Source: Pseudomonadota bacterium
Lineage (GTDB): Bacteria > Pseudomonadota > Gammaproteobacteria > Steroidobacterales > SZUA-146
NCBI GenBank assembly: GCA_039028935.1
Contig: JBCCHD010000002.1
Coordinates: forward strand, 161,864 to 225,863
Direction of reading: 5' to 3'
DNA length: 64,000 bases
The notes under the pieces are model-generated. The model was not told where the DNA came from and searched no databases. It worked only from the letters and a program-made list of their open reading frames with translations. Made by a program: the position numbers and the translations under genes. Shown piece by piece: positions 37,816-47,308 of the stretch. Positions within the stretch are counted from its first letter, which is position 1; every line of letters starts with the position of its first letter.

Positions 37816-38631
37816 CTAGCGTTGACAGCCCGTGCAATAAAAACTCGAGCGTTGGCCGATGACCTTCATTTTGATCGGCCGGGCGCAGCGCGTGCAGGGA
37901 TTCCCTTCCTGACCGTAGACATCCAGCTCTTGACTGAAGTAGCCGCGAAAGCCCTCTGCATTTGTGTAGTCCCGAAGCGTCGTGCCGCCCGCGTCAATCG
38001 CTTCTCGCAACACATCCTGAATGTGGCCGTGCAGTGCGCGGTATTTTTGAAGTGATACCCGACCGGCCTGTCGATGCGGCAAGATGCCCGCCCGAAATAA
38101 CGATTCACTGGCGTAGATATTGCCAACCCCCACAACGATCTTGCCGTCCATGATGAAGTTCTTGACTGCCAACGATCGTGTGCGTGAACGGGCGTGCAGA
38201 TAGTGGGGCGTAAAAGCGGTGGATAAGGGTTCGGGTCCGAGCGATTGAATCAATGCATGCTGCGCGGGGTCTTCTTTGGTGTGCAGCACACACCCAAACC
38301 GGCGAGGGTCCGTGAATCGCAATACTCGCCCATCTTCAAAGGTGATATCGATGTGATCGTGTTTCTCAGGGTTTGGCGCAGGGTTAATTACCCGCAGATT
38401 ACCCGTCATGCCGAGGTGAATAATGAGGTGACCGTTAGTCAGCGCGATGAGCACATACTTTGCCCGCCGCGTCACATCAACAACCGTCTGATTTTTAACA
38501 AGTTGTCGCAGATTTCGTGGCACAGGATGGCGCAGTGCACGCTGGCGTACCACCGCGTTGGTGATGGTCAACCCTTTGATATGTGGTCGAATTCCACGTG
38601 TGGTGGTTTCGACTTCTGGTAATTCAGGCAT
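37816..38631 (-). CDS. mutM: Formamidopyrimidine-DNA glycosylase
   Basis: The catalytic Pro2 N-terminus is MPELPEVETTTRG. The H2TH region and the C-terminal zinc finger CTRCARPIKMKVIGQRSSFYCTGCQ are present. The start is the ATG at 38631. Confidence 0.95.
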   Translation of the reverse strand: MPELPEVETTTRGIRPHIKGLTITNAVVRQRALRHPVPRNLRQLVKNQTVVDVTRRAKYVLIALTNGHLIIHLGMTGNLRVINPAPNPEKHDHIDITFEDGRVLRFTDPRRFGCVLHTKEDPAQHALIQSLGPEPLSTAFTPHYLHARSRTRSLAVKNFIMDGKIVVGVGNIYASESLFRAGILPHRQAGRVSLQKYRALHGHIQDVLREAIDAGGTTLRDYTNAEGFRGYFSQELDVYGQEGNPCTRCARPIKMKVIGQRSSFYCTGCQR

Positions 38632-38778
38632 GACAACGAAAAATTGTGACGCGCGCACGGCGCAATGCAACGCATGAGTCTAACGTGGAATTGAACAATT
38701 GGAAGCCTCTCGCGTTGGCAGATCAAGGTGCTTCCTCTATAGTTCGTTTTCTTGCAGCGCGCTCTATCGGAGTCATTC

Positions 38779-39972
38779 ATGGATTATCTTTTTGGTTTCT
38801 TTCGCCCCTCAATCTGGGTGTACTTTGTGGTGGCACTGGTGATGATGCAAATCACCATCATGGGCGTGACGCTGTATCTGCATCGCGATCAGGCTCATCG
38901 AAGTGTCGATCTGCATCCAGCGCTGCGACATTTTTTCAGGCTCTGGATTTGGATGACGTCATCGATGCTCACCGCCGAATGGGTCGCCGTTCACCGCAAG
39001 CACCACGCAAAATGCGAAACGGAGGATGATCCTCACAGTCCGCAGGTGCGCGGTTTGAAGAAAGTCCTGCTCGAGGGAGCCGAGCTCTACAAAGCCGAAA
39101 AAGACGATCCCGAAACCATTAAAAAATACAGTCGCGGCTGCCCCGATGATTGGTTAGAGCGCAACGTCTACACGCGCTTCCCTAACGCCGGCATTCTCGC
39201 CATGTTCATTATTAATGTATTGCTCTTTGGCGTGGTCGGTATTTCCATCTGGGCGTTCCAAATGATGTCTATGCCGCTTTTTGCTGCGGGGATCATCAAT
39301 GGCTTGGGCCACCACACCGGCTATCGCAATTTCGAATGCGATGACGCCGCGACCAACCTGACACCCTGGGCATTTTTCCTCGGTGGCGAAGAGTTACACA
39401 ACAATCACCATGCGTTCCCCAGTTCCGCTAAATTTTCCGTGCGGAAATGGGAGTTTGATATCGGCTGGATGTATTTGACGATATTTAAATTCTTTGGACT
39501 GGCGAAAGTGCGGCGCGTGGCACCGACACCTGTGCTTGAGGATAAGGAAATCGTTGACATCGAAACGGTCAGAGCCATCGTGCAAAACCGCATGCATGTA
39601 CTTCGCGAGTACGCTAAGTCGGTCACGTTACCGGTGCTAGCGGCGGAGAAAAAACGTGTTGGCGCAGAGCGCATGAAAGACATGTGGAGTAAGGCGCGGC
39701 GTGTTCTGGTGCGTCGACCAGAACTACTCGACTCGACTCACCGCGCGAAGCTAGAAACACTGCTGGCGAACAACGCTCGGCTTAAAACTGTGCATGAGTA
39801 TCGTGAACGGCTGCGAGAGCTGTGGTCGGGTGCGACGGTGAGCAACGACAAACTCCTTCAGCAACTCAAAGAGTGGTGCCAACAGGCCGAGGACACCGGC
39901 ATTCAGGCGCTGCAGGAGTTTTCTGATCGACTCAAGCGCTACACGCTGGCACCGGCTGCCGCAACCGCGTGA
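38779..39972 (+). CDS. Membrane fatty-acid (delta-9-type, DesA-like) desaturase
   Basis: Three histidine boxes are present: HRDQAH, HRKHHAKCETEDDPHSP and HNNHHAFP. I chose the ATG at 38779 with GGAG upstream; the ORF begins at 38752. Confidence 0.85.
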   Translation: MDYLFGFFRPSIWVYFVVALVMMQITIMGVTLYLHRDQAHRSVDLHPALRHFFRLWIWMTSSMLTAEWVAVHRKHHAKCETEDDPHSPQVRGLKKVLLEGAELYKAEKDDPETIKKYSRGCPDDWLERNVYTRFPNAGILAMFIINVLLFGVVGISIWAFQMMSMPLFAAGIINGLGHHTGYRNFECDDAATNLTPWAFFLGGEELHNNHHAFPSSAKFSVRKWEFDIGWMYLTIFKFFGLAKVRRVAPTPVLEDKEIVDIETVRAIVQNRMHVLREYAKSVTLPVLAAEKKRVGAERMKDMWSKARRVLVRRPELLDSTHRAKLETLLANNARLKTVHEYRERLRELWSGATVSNDKLLQQLKEWCQQAEDTGIQALQEFSDRLKRYTLAPAAATA

Positions 39973-40134
39973 CCGATTGGGTGGTCGTCGGGCAATCGAC
40001 GTGCACCGTCAACAGCCTGTGACCTATCGTCGTGTGTGTCAGCACACGAGCGGGTTGGTGAACGCCTCGTGCGTAGAGGGTGCTTGGTCGGCCCCGATAG
40101 TCGCTGATGCGGCGCTCACCACGGACGTTGAGTA

Positions 40135-40893
40135 GTGGACCTACTCTGGTGGCATTATCTGCTGCTATTTCTAAGCGGCATTGCGGCGGGTTTCATGAAC
40201 GTCATGGCCGGGGGTGGCTCAATGCTCACGGTGCCAGTGATGGTGTTTCTCGGCTTGCCGGGTCCGATCGCGAACGGCACAAATCGCATTGCGATTGTCG
40301 CTCAGAATGTCACCGCGGTCGCGACGTTTTTCCGCAAGGGTTTTTCAGATTTCAAACTGAGTGTAACGCTCGCACTGTGCGCCGTACCGGGTTCAGTGCT
40401 CGGTGCGATGGCGGGTGTGCGGCTTGAGGGCGTGTGGTTTAACCGGGTGCTGGCCATTGTGCTCGTGTTTGTCATGATCATGATGTGGCGGAAGGATCGT
40501 CCCGACACTCGGAATGACAATCCACCCACTCGGAGTCGTATTCTGGCTGCCCATGCACTGATGGTGGGGGTTGGATTCTACGGCGGCTTTATTCAAATCG
40601 GTGTGGGTTTTTTACTCATCGGCGTGCTCGCCAATGTGCTCAATCTTGATCTTGTGCGTGTGAATATGCACAAAGTGTTTGTTGCCGGAAGCTTTAACCT
40701 CGCGGCGCTGCTGGTGTACGCACTGAACGTGCCGATTGTTTGGGCGCTCGGTTTGACGTTGGCGCTGGGAAACTCGATCGGTGGCTACCTAGGCGCGCAC
40801 ACCTCGGTGAGTAAAGGCGACAGTGCAATTCGATGGGTGCTCAACGCGGTGCTCATTGTGTTTATCGCCAAACTGATCATCGACTCGCTTTGA
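40135..40893 (+). CDS. TauE/SafE-family sulfite/anion exporter
   Basis: Family blocks are GIAAGFMNVMAGGGSMLTVPVMVFLGLPGPIANGTNR with a repeated half. The protein has 7-8 TM segments. The start is a GTG. Confidence 0.85.
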   Translation: MDLLWWHYLLLFLSGIAAGFMNVMAGGGSMLTVPVMVFLGLPGPIANGTNRIAIVAQNVTAVATFFRKGFSDFKLSVTLALCAVPGSVLGAMAGVRLEGVWFNRVLAIVLVFVMIMMWRKDRPDTRNDNPPTRSRILAAHALMVGVGFYGGFIQIGVGFLLIGVLANVLNLDLVRVNMHKVFVAGSFNLAALLVYALNVPIVWALGLTLALGNSIGGYLGAHTSVSKGDSAIRWVLNAVLIVFIAKLIIDSL

Positions 40894-41106
40894 CCGACTT
40901 GTCCTGACTCAAACACGAGAGTCAGGTCTGTCATTCGATGACGTACTCTTCAGCGGCGGTCAGCGCCGACATAGCCGGCGCAAGCGATGCGTGCACATGC
41001 CTCGCGCCCATCACCATAACCCCATCGTGCACAGCCACCTCACACGTTGCCGCGGGTCGATTCAACGATGCAAATGAAATTCGCCTTCGGTGGTGCGCGC
41101 GTCGTG

Positions 41107-41493
41107 CTAGGGAATCACGGCCATCACGGCACCGATCAGGCCGCCGATTACCAATGTAATCTGGCACAAAAACGCTAGGCCAAACCCCTTGCCGCGTTTA
41201 CTGGGGTCGGACACATAGCCGCGCAGGTAAAGGAAGCGGCCGATGATATACAAAAGACCAATCGCGGCGCCGATGCGCGGATCCCAATACAGATTGAATA
41301 CCCACAGAGCCGGGATCGCGACAACCGCGTTTTCAACCGAGTTCTGATGCACGCGAAAGTAGCGTTCGAATACTGGATCGCCAGATACCGCGGGCGCTTT
41401 GACCCCGGTCTGTTGTCGCGACTTGCCAACCAGCATGGTGAAAATCAGAAGCTGAATGACAATGAGGAGCGTGATGATCGCGGAGTATTCCAT
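41107..41493 (-). CDS. MAPEG-family membrane protein (glutathione-transferase-like)
   Basis: 128 aa with four TM segments. The motif RVHQNSVENAVVAIPALWV and the block YIIGRFLYLRGY are present. Confidence 0.8.
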   Translation of the reverse strand: MEYSAIITLLIVIQLLIFTMLVGKSRQQTGVKAPAVSGDPVFERYFRVHQNSVENAVVAIPALWVFNLYWDPRIGAAIGLLYIIGRFLYLRGYVSDPSKRGKGFGLAFLCQITLVIGGLIGAVMAVIP

Positions 41494-41689
41494 AGCGTGG
41501 CCTTTCTTCTACAGAGGACGGCGTAGTGTACTCAATCTGCCTCCACAGCCAAGTGGCACTGCACCATGCAAGAGGGTTGTGCGATTAGACACCGGAATGT
41601 CGACGGTCTGCCGTCCAGTCGCGTGTTCAGTGTGCGTCCGGCGCTGGGCGCGACCGTACCCAAGCGGAACATCCGCGGCTCAGCACTAA

Positions 41690-43168
41690 TCAATGAGTGG
41701 TGGCGGTGTTAGGCGACATCGGATCGCGCCGACTTACCCAAGCGATAAGCAACCCGGCCAGTCCGAGTGTTGCGAGCGTGACGGGCAGAACCGGATCGGC
41801 AAGTACGAACTCGCGGTACCGAAGACTGTGCGTGACAACGGTGCTGATCAATGTGATGCCAGTCGCCCATTTTAACCAACGCCGCATGGTGTGAGCGGAT
41901 GAGCGAACGCTGGCTACCGCGACTAACAGGATTAAGCCCAACCAAAAAAACAGAACCAGCGCGAGGCCTTCGAGACTGGCGGCTAAGGCAAGCAGCAGGG
42001 TGAGGCCAAGCATGAGCGGTGTGCCCCATACAATCGCTTCCCAGGCCGATTCGAGTCGTGGTGCGGCACGCTTTTTCTGTCGTCGACGTAGAAAATAGAT
42101 GCGCAGCCCGCTCGCTACGATGATGCACAGCATAAGTCCGAAGACAGAATACGCTAACTTGACGGCAAGTCCGCCCCAATTGCCAAAATGCACGTTGTAC
42201 ACCGACCCGATGATTTGTTGGCCCAGCGTGCCGTCGGACATGCCGACATTGCCTTTGTATTGACCACTGGAATCAAACTGGTAGTAATCGCCGAATATCA
42301 GTCGGTCGCTATGCTTGGCGATGATCGACGTGCTTTGTCCGGCTGTGCCAGGATCGTGGAGAATTAAAAAGGTCGGAGGTAATTGCGGATACACATCCGT
42401 CATGTATTGAATGGGTGTTTCGATATTTGCAAAGGGTGCCGCGGTCTCGATAGGCGCTGGCTCACCGCCAAATACCGGATCGAATACGCCACCAATATCG
42501 CCGTCAAATCGAAGCGCGGCAATCGCAAACGCTAATAGGCTGGCCAAACCCAGCAGGGCACCTGTCAACGCATTGGAAATGTGAAACGGCGACGTCCAAA
42601 CGCTTAGCCGGTTGTGTAAATCAACCAGCGGTAAGAGTCCTTCGCCCCGACGCAAGGTAAACGCGTCGCGAAAGATACGCGGGTGCGCAATAAATCCGGA
42701 CAGCGACATGGCGAGCAAAAACGCACCGAGGGCACCCACAACGGTGAGTCCGAGAATCTGCGGTAGGTGTAGATAGTAATGTAGGTCGAGTAGAAACTGC
42801 GTCCACGGAAAGTGTTCTTTGATGCCGGCCGTGCCATCCGCATTGGCGAAGAAAGCCTGCGTGTCGGTGGTGATCACCGTTCGCGGTAAATCCGGTTGAG
42901 GAAAGTTGATATACAGGTGTGTGGTGGATGGATTTTCACTTTCAAACACCGCCTGCGCAGCCGCCGCGGCCGCAGCGGGCGAAATCTGAGTCATTTCCGG
43001 CGCCTGCGGTTGCTCCCAACGCTGCAGTTCACGGTTGAACACCGAGAGCGTGCCGGTGACTGCCAGGATATAAATCAGCGCGCCTAGCGCAAGTGCGATG
43101 GCGGTGTGTGCTTCCAGTCCTTGGGCGACACGCCCGGTTTTTTCTTTGGTTGCTGAAGCCGGTTCCAT
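41690..43168 (-). CDS. PepSY-associated TM-helix protein (PiuB-like iron-uptake accessory protein)
   Basis: The N-terminus is HTAIALALGALIYILAVTGTLSVF. The repeated pattern DLHxxL / HFGNWGGLAVKL is seen. It is the last gene of the receptor operon. Confidence 0.8.
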   Translation of the reverse strand: MEPASATKEKTGRVAQGLEAHTAIALALGALIYILAVTGTLSVFNRELQRWEQPQAPEMTQISPAAAAAAAQAVFESENPSTTHLYINFPQPDLPRTVITTDTQAFFANADGTAGIKEHFPWTQFLLDLHYYLHLPQILGLTVVGALGAFLLAMSLSGFIAHPRIFRDAFTLRRGEGLLPLVDLHNRLSVWTSPFHISNALTGALLGLASLLAFAIAALRFDGDIGGVFDPVFGGEPAPIETAAPFANIETPIQYMTDVYPQLPPTFLILHDPGTAGQSTSIIAKHSDRLIFGDYYQFDSSGQYKGNVGMSDGTLGQQIIGSVYNVHFGNWGGLAVKLAYSVFGLMLCIIVASGLRIYFLRRRQKKRAAPRLESAWEAIVWGTPLMLGLTLLLALAASLEGLALVLFFWLGLILLVAVASVRSSAHTMRRWLKWATGITLISTVVTHSLRYREFVLADPVLPVTLATLGLAGLLIAWVSRRDPMSPNTATTH

Positions 43169-43179
43169 AGATCGTTAAT

Positions 43180-43758
43180 TTAGGCGAGGGCCCATAAGCA
43201 GGCAAGTGAGACCAGGCCGGTAACGAATACGGACGTGGTTTTGCGCAGCAGTCCGATTGGGTAGCCCACGCCCACGGCAATGCAGGACCATGCGATGGGA
43301 AACAACAAGAATACGATGGTTACGTTTGCGGTGTGCTCCAAGCCGACCTCTTGGAAAAGTACGAAGGCGGCGGAACACAACGCCATCGACGCCAAACCGG
43401 CAAGCGGGCCATAGAGCATGAAGAGCCATAGGCGGCGAATGAGCTGCAGCTCCTCAACAGCGGCTTGAGCCGTATTTTGGGCCTCTCTTGTTCGACGTAG
43501 GGTTCGGGGCGTTTCGCGAAGGGTTCTGACCGTTAGCACGGCGAGTGCAATGAGCACTCCCGCAACCAGGCCAAGCGCAACGCCCTTATCCGAGGCGCTC
43601 GTGGCGCTCCATAGGATCAGGGCGGTGACGAGTAAACCCCAGGCAAGGCCCAGCAGCGGCCAGCTTCGGGTCGCGCGTTGCCAGGCGTACAACAGTACGC
43701 CAAAACCCGCGAGGGTAATTGCGATGGCGAGCAATCGGATAACCAGGTCACTCGCCAT
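43180..43758 (-). CDS. Hypothetical multi-pass membrane protein within the receptor operon
   Basis: 192 aa with five hydrophobic helices and a basic central loop (RTLRETPRTLRRTREAQ). It lies 11 nt upstream of the PepSY gene. I recognised no family. Confidence 0.55.
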   Translation of the reverse strand: MASDLVIRLLAIAITLAGFGVLLYAWQRATRSWPLLGLAWGLLVTALILWSATSASDKGVALGLVAGVLIALAVLTVRTLRETPRTLRRTREAQNTAQAAVEELQLIRRLWLFMLYGPLAGLASMALCSAAFVLFQEVGLEHTANVTIVFLLFPIAWSCIAVGVGYPIGLLRKTTSVFVTGLVSLACLWALA

Positions 43759-43803
43759 CGCTTCCGTTCCTTAAGACAGTCTACTCGTTGCCCTACGGGG
43801 CGA

Positions 43804-45960
43804 TCAGAATCGCCATGCCACTGTGCCGACGACGGTACGCTGCTCCCCAGGAAAACAATCACCGCGTGACAAACACGTCGCATAGTACTCTTTATCTGCC
43901 GCGTTGCGAATATTCAGCGCAACATCCACACGTTCAAAGCGATAGCCAATCAGTGCGTCGATTACCGTGTAGCCATCGGTCACCACACGATTGGGTGTGG
44001 GGGCAAACCCGTTGGCCGGGAGGAAGGCGACACCGTTGCTTTCGTTTTCGCTAGCATACCGTGCACCAATGCCGATTCGCAGACCGTTCAGTGCACCGCT
44101 CGATGGTGTCCATGTGGTCCAGAGTGACGCGGCTGTTTCGGGCAGGCTGGGTCGCACAACGGCGACGCCCATTTCATCAACGTCGTTGGCGTCGAGATCG
44201 CGATAGTCGAAGTCAAACGACCAATCGCGCCACTTCAGTAGCGCCTCGATTTCGAATCCTTCTGTTTCGATAGTGAGGCCAGGTTGTGTGCGGCCGCCCG
44301 GTACAAACTCAACCAGGTTGTCTTCTTCCAAATCAAACCAGGCGATCGTAATGTAGCTATCGCCGTTGAGAGGCTGATACTTAACGCCGAATTCGGTTTG
44401 CTCTCCGCGACGAGGGAGAAGCGAGCGTGCGGTCAAAATGTCGGTGCCCACCGTAGCTCGGAATGACTCCGAGTAGCTGGCATAGGGATTCAGGCCGATG
44501 TCGGTTTTGTATAGCAAGCCGAGCGTGATCGGCGTTTCGTCATCTTCTTGATTGGTCAGGTTGTCCTTGGAGTTTACCGACGAAAAGCGGATACCGGCGC
44601 TCGCCACAAGATTGCCGATGGTCATGTGGTCCGTCAGGTAAATATCCTTGGCGGTGGTTTTGTCTTCGGCTAAAAACCGCTGTGCATCGAATTCCGCGGC
44701 GGTTGGGATTTCGCTGCCGTCGTAAACCGGGTTGAAGATGTTAAACGTCGTTGCGCGAGCGTAGAGAAACGACGAGTTTTCGCTAGTCTCAACATCCTGA
44801 TAGTTCATACCGATCAACAGTTCGTGCGTAATCGGACCGGTGTCGAATACGGTGCGAAGACGTGCATCAAAGGCGATTTGTGTTGAGCTCGCTGGTGCGC
44901 TGGACCAAGAGCGACCGACCGCTGAGCCGTCCGGAAGCAAGCGCGGATTACCGTCCCCGAGAAACGACACCCACGTTTGGTCGTACTGCGCTTCGTTATC
45001 GCGATAGCGAGCGGTGGCCGCAAACGACAGCGTGTCGCTAAAATCGTGCGTACCAAACAGACTGAACGTGGTCGCTTCGGTATCGTAGCGATTAAAACCA
45101 GGATCACCGACATAAACGGAATGATCGACTTCCTGTCCCGTTGTACCGGCACAGACGTTGGCTTCCGAAACCGTCACGTCAGCTGTCCCACAGGCGGTGG
45201 CAGTGAGCGGCAGAAACTGCGCGGACGTGTCGCTTTCCCGATCCGTGTAGTTAAGCAACGCGGTAAACGTTGAATCCTCGTTTGCAAACGTGATCGACGG
45301 TGCCAACACAATTGCGTCATCGGTAACAAAATCGACTTGCGTTTCACTGTCTCGATACAGGCCGACCAGACGGGCGGTCCAACGGCTGTCGCCGGTCAGA
45401 TCAAAGCCGGCATCAAACGAGGCCTGGTAGCGACTGTGATTGCCCGCTGTAAAGATAAGTTCGCGGCCCAAATGTTCGGGACCCGCCACTTTGGACACGG
45501 TGCTGGCAATACCTCCGGGTGCGGCCTGTCCATACAACACCGATGCCGGGCCCTTCAATATTTCGATTTGCTCGAGCGTGTAGACGTCCGCGCGCGCGTT
45601 ATTGTAGAAACCGAACAGTACCTGCAGGTTGTCCTGATACTCAGGCGCATCAAGCCCACGGATGCTCGTGAAGTCGCCGCGCGTCGCGTAACCGAATGCG
45701 TCGCTGGTGACGCCCGCGGTATAGTTGAGCGTGTCGCTGAGCGTGAGTGCGCCTTTGCTTAAAAACTCATCGGCGGTAATCACACTGACCGAACGGGGTG
45801 TTTCCATGATGGGGATTTCTGATTTGGTTGCCCCGAATTTCGACGGTTTGCCAATGACGATGATCTCGTCGATTTCATCGTTCGCTGTCTCCTGGGCGGA
45901 AGCGGGCAGTGAAATCGCGATAAAGCCTAGAATAATATGTAAAAACAGAATATTGCGCAT
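43804..45960 (-). CDS. TonB-dependent siderophore receptor
   Basis: A signal peptide is followed by a TonB-box-like EIIVIG. The plug motifs are SVITADE and IEILKGPASVLYG. The C-terminal beta-barrel ends in ...VGTVAWRF. I chose the ATG at 45960 (MRNILF). Confidence 0.9.
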   Translation of the reverse strand: MRNILFLHIILGFIAISLPASAQETANDEIDEIIVIGKPSKFGATKSEIPIMETPRSVSVITADEFLSKGALTLSDTLNYTAGVTSDAFGYATRGDFTSIRGLDAPEYQDNLQVLFGFYNNARADVYTLEQIEILKGPASVLYGQAAPGGIASTVSKVAGPEHLGRELIFTAGNHSRYQASFDAGFDLTGDSRWTARLVGLYRDSETQVDFVTDDAIVLAPSITFANEDSTFTALLNYTDRESDTSAQFLPLTATACGTADVTVSEANVCAGTTGQEVDHSVYVGDPGFNRYDTEATTFSLFGTHDFSDTLSFAATARYRDNEAQYDQTWVSFLGDGNPRLLPDGSAVGRSWSSAPASSTQIAFDARLRTVFDTGPITHELLIGMNYQDVETSENSSFLYARATTFNIFNPVYDGSEIPTAAEFDAQRFLAEDKTTAKDIYLTDHMTIGNLVASAGIRFSSVNSKDNLTNQEDDETPITLGLLYKTDIGLNPYASYSESFRATVGTDILTARSLLPRRGEQTEFGVKYQPLNGDSYITIAWFDLEEDNLVEFVPGGRTQPGLTIETEGFEIEALLKWRDWSFDFDYRDLDANDVDEMGVAVVRPSLPETAASLWTTWTPSSGALNGLRIGIGARYASENESNGVAFLPANGFAPTPNRVVTDGYTVIDALIGYRFERVDVALNIRNAADKEYYATCLSRGDCFPGEQRTVVGTVAWRF

Positions 45961-46039
45961 GATCTGAAACCTATAAAATCGCCGATGCGAGAGTTTTGTG
46001 CGCGGCACAATACCGCGGTCGACGGATCATATTACCTAT

Positions 46040-46058
46040 GTAAATAATAATCAATCTC
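46040..46058. promoter_or_regulatory. Candidate Fur box in the divergent promoter region
   Basis: On the receptor strand, GAGATTGATTATTATTTAC matches 13 of 19 positions of GATAATGATAATCATTATC. It lies ~80 nt upstream of the receptor start. Confidence 0.4.
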
Positions 46059-46260
46059 ATTTAGACCGGACGGCGAGAGGGTAAAGTTTGACGCGATAGG
46101 AAGTCGGAAACCCCATTTTTTTGGATGATGAATCGCGCGTGATGGCGTGCCAAGCGGATGAGACGTAAGCTGATGACGATGGATGGGCGATGCCTCTGAG
46201 GCGCGCAAATGCGCACAGCCGAGCGCCCTACTCAGGAATACCCCTAATCTGGAGATGGTC

Positions 46261-46953
46261 ATGATGACGCGAATAGGAAGTCGCATTGGTCTTGCTCTAC
46301 TCGGCCTGAATATCGCGACAGCGAGTTTCGCGCTGACGCTGGAGGACTATGGCATTCGTTTTACCAGTACTGGTCTTGTCGATGTCGACACGCAGCTTGA
46401 GTGGCTCAATGCCGATTTGACTGCCGGCACGCCGGATGCCATTGACGTCTTATTGGAAGACGGGTGGCGGATTGCCAACTATACAGAGGTGCGCTACCTG
46501 CTCACGCGAGACGGGATGCTCTCGCCGCCCTCCGGCAACGGCGACGAAACCATAGTGCCGCTGGCGTTTTCCGACTTTATGATACTGATTGGTGCGTTGG
46601 GCATCAGTACAAATGGTTTTGATGACGCCTATGTCGAGCCATGGGCGTGCGGCAGCCAAATCACCGATGCCAACCTTTGCTCGGACACGCGCAACTGGGC
46701 CTTTACACCGTTCATTTTAATCGCGGAACAAGAGTCTGATATTCCCCTATTTGGCACAACGAGGGTGTCAACACTTGAGTATCTGTCAGAAGTGCCGCTG
46801 TACGGCGACTTTGAAGTTGGCGTGTGTTCTGACTGTATCGGACGCACATTGTTGGTTCGCGCCGTGCCGATTCCGGCTGCATTGTGGTTGATGCTATCGA
46901 GTCTAGGCGCATGGTATTGGTTCGGCGGTCACACCAACACGCGTAGGCGTTAG
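46261..46953 (+). CDS. Secreted protein with a VPLPA/PEP-CTERM-type C-terminal sorting signal
   Basis: A signal peptide (RIGLALLGLNIATASFA) opens the protein. The N-terminal region reads DTQLEWLNADLT...EDGWRIANYTEVRYLL. The C-terminus VPIPAALWLMLSSLGAWYWFGGHTNTRRR has the motif, TM-helix and Arg-cluster layout of a sorting tail. Confidence 0.65.
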   Translation: MMTRIGSRIGLALLGLNIATASFALTLEDYGIRFTSTGLVDVDTQLEWLNADLTAGTPDAIDVLLEDGWRIANYTEVRYLLTRDGMLSPPSGNGDETIVPLAFSDFMILIGALGISTNGFDDAYVEPWACGSQITDANLCSDTRNWAFTPFILIAEQESDIPLFGTTRVSTLEYLSEVPLYGDFEVGVCSDCIGRTLLVRAVPIPAALWLMLSSLGAWYWFGGHTNTRRR

Positions 46954-47308
46954 CCGTCCGTCGCTCTGCGTCCGTCGGACTCTCACCGTCCCCATCTTCC
47001 CTTTGGCGTCTGCGGTGACAGTCTTCTCGCCCCGCTACTGATGTCTGCGCTGGGGTGCGCCGACCGGACGGGTGGCGACTGTTTGTCCGCTACAATTGAC
47101 CATAATAACGACGGCTGTCGACGTGAATTTGCCCGAATTGTCCCGTTGCGCGTATGATCAAAAGCCTTAGAAAAGCGGTTTTGTAGGGGATTAAGCCGAG
47201 GCGAATCAAGGTGTCGCGTCTCGAGAGGGTTGGCAACCAGCTAAGCAAACGGCGTCGCTGACAAACTCCGCCGCAACGTCACGAACAACTAGCCAAGTGG
47301 GGGGCATC

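Noticed and set aside
40931-41167. 78-aa minus-strand ORF in the TauE-MAPEG gap, with a C-terminus that faintly resembles the end of an enzyme (possible gene remnant)
   Set aside because: Its upstream half is Arg-rich and does not look like real protein, and it overlaps the MAPEG 3' end. It is too short and too weak to call as a gene or pseudogene.
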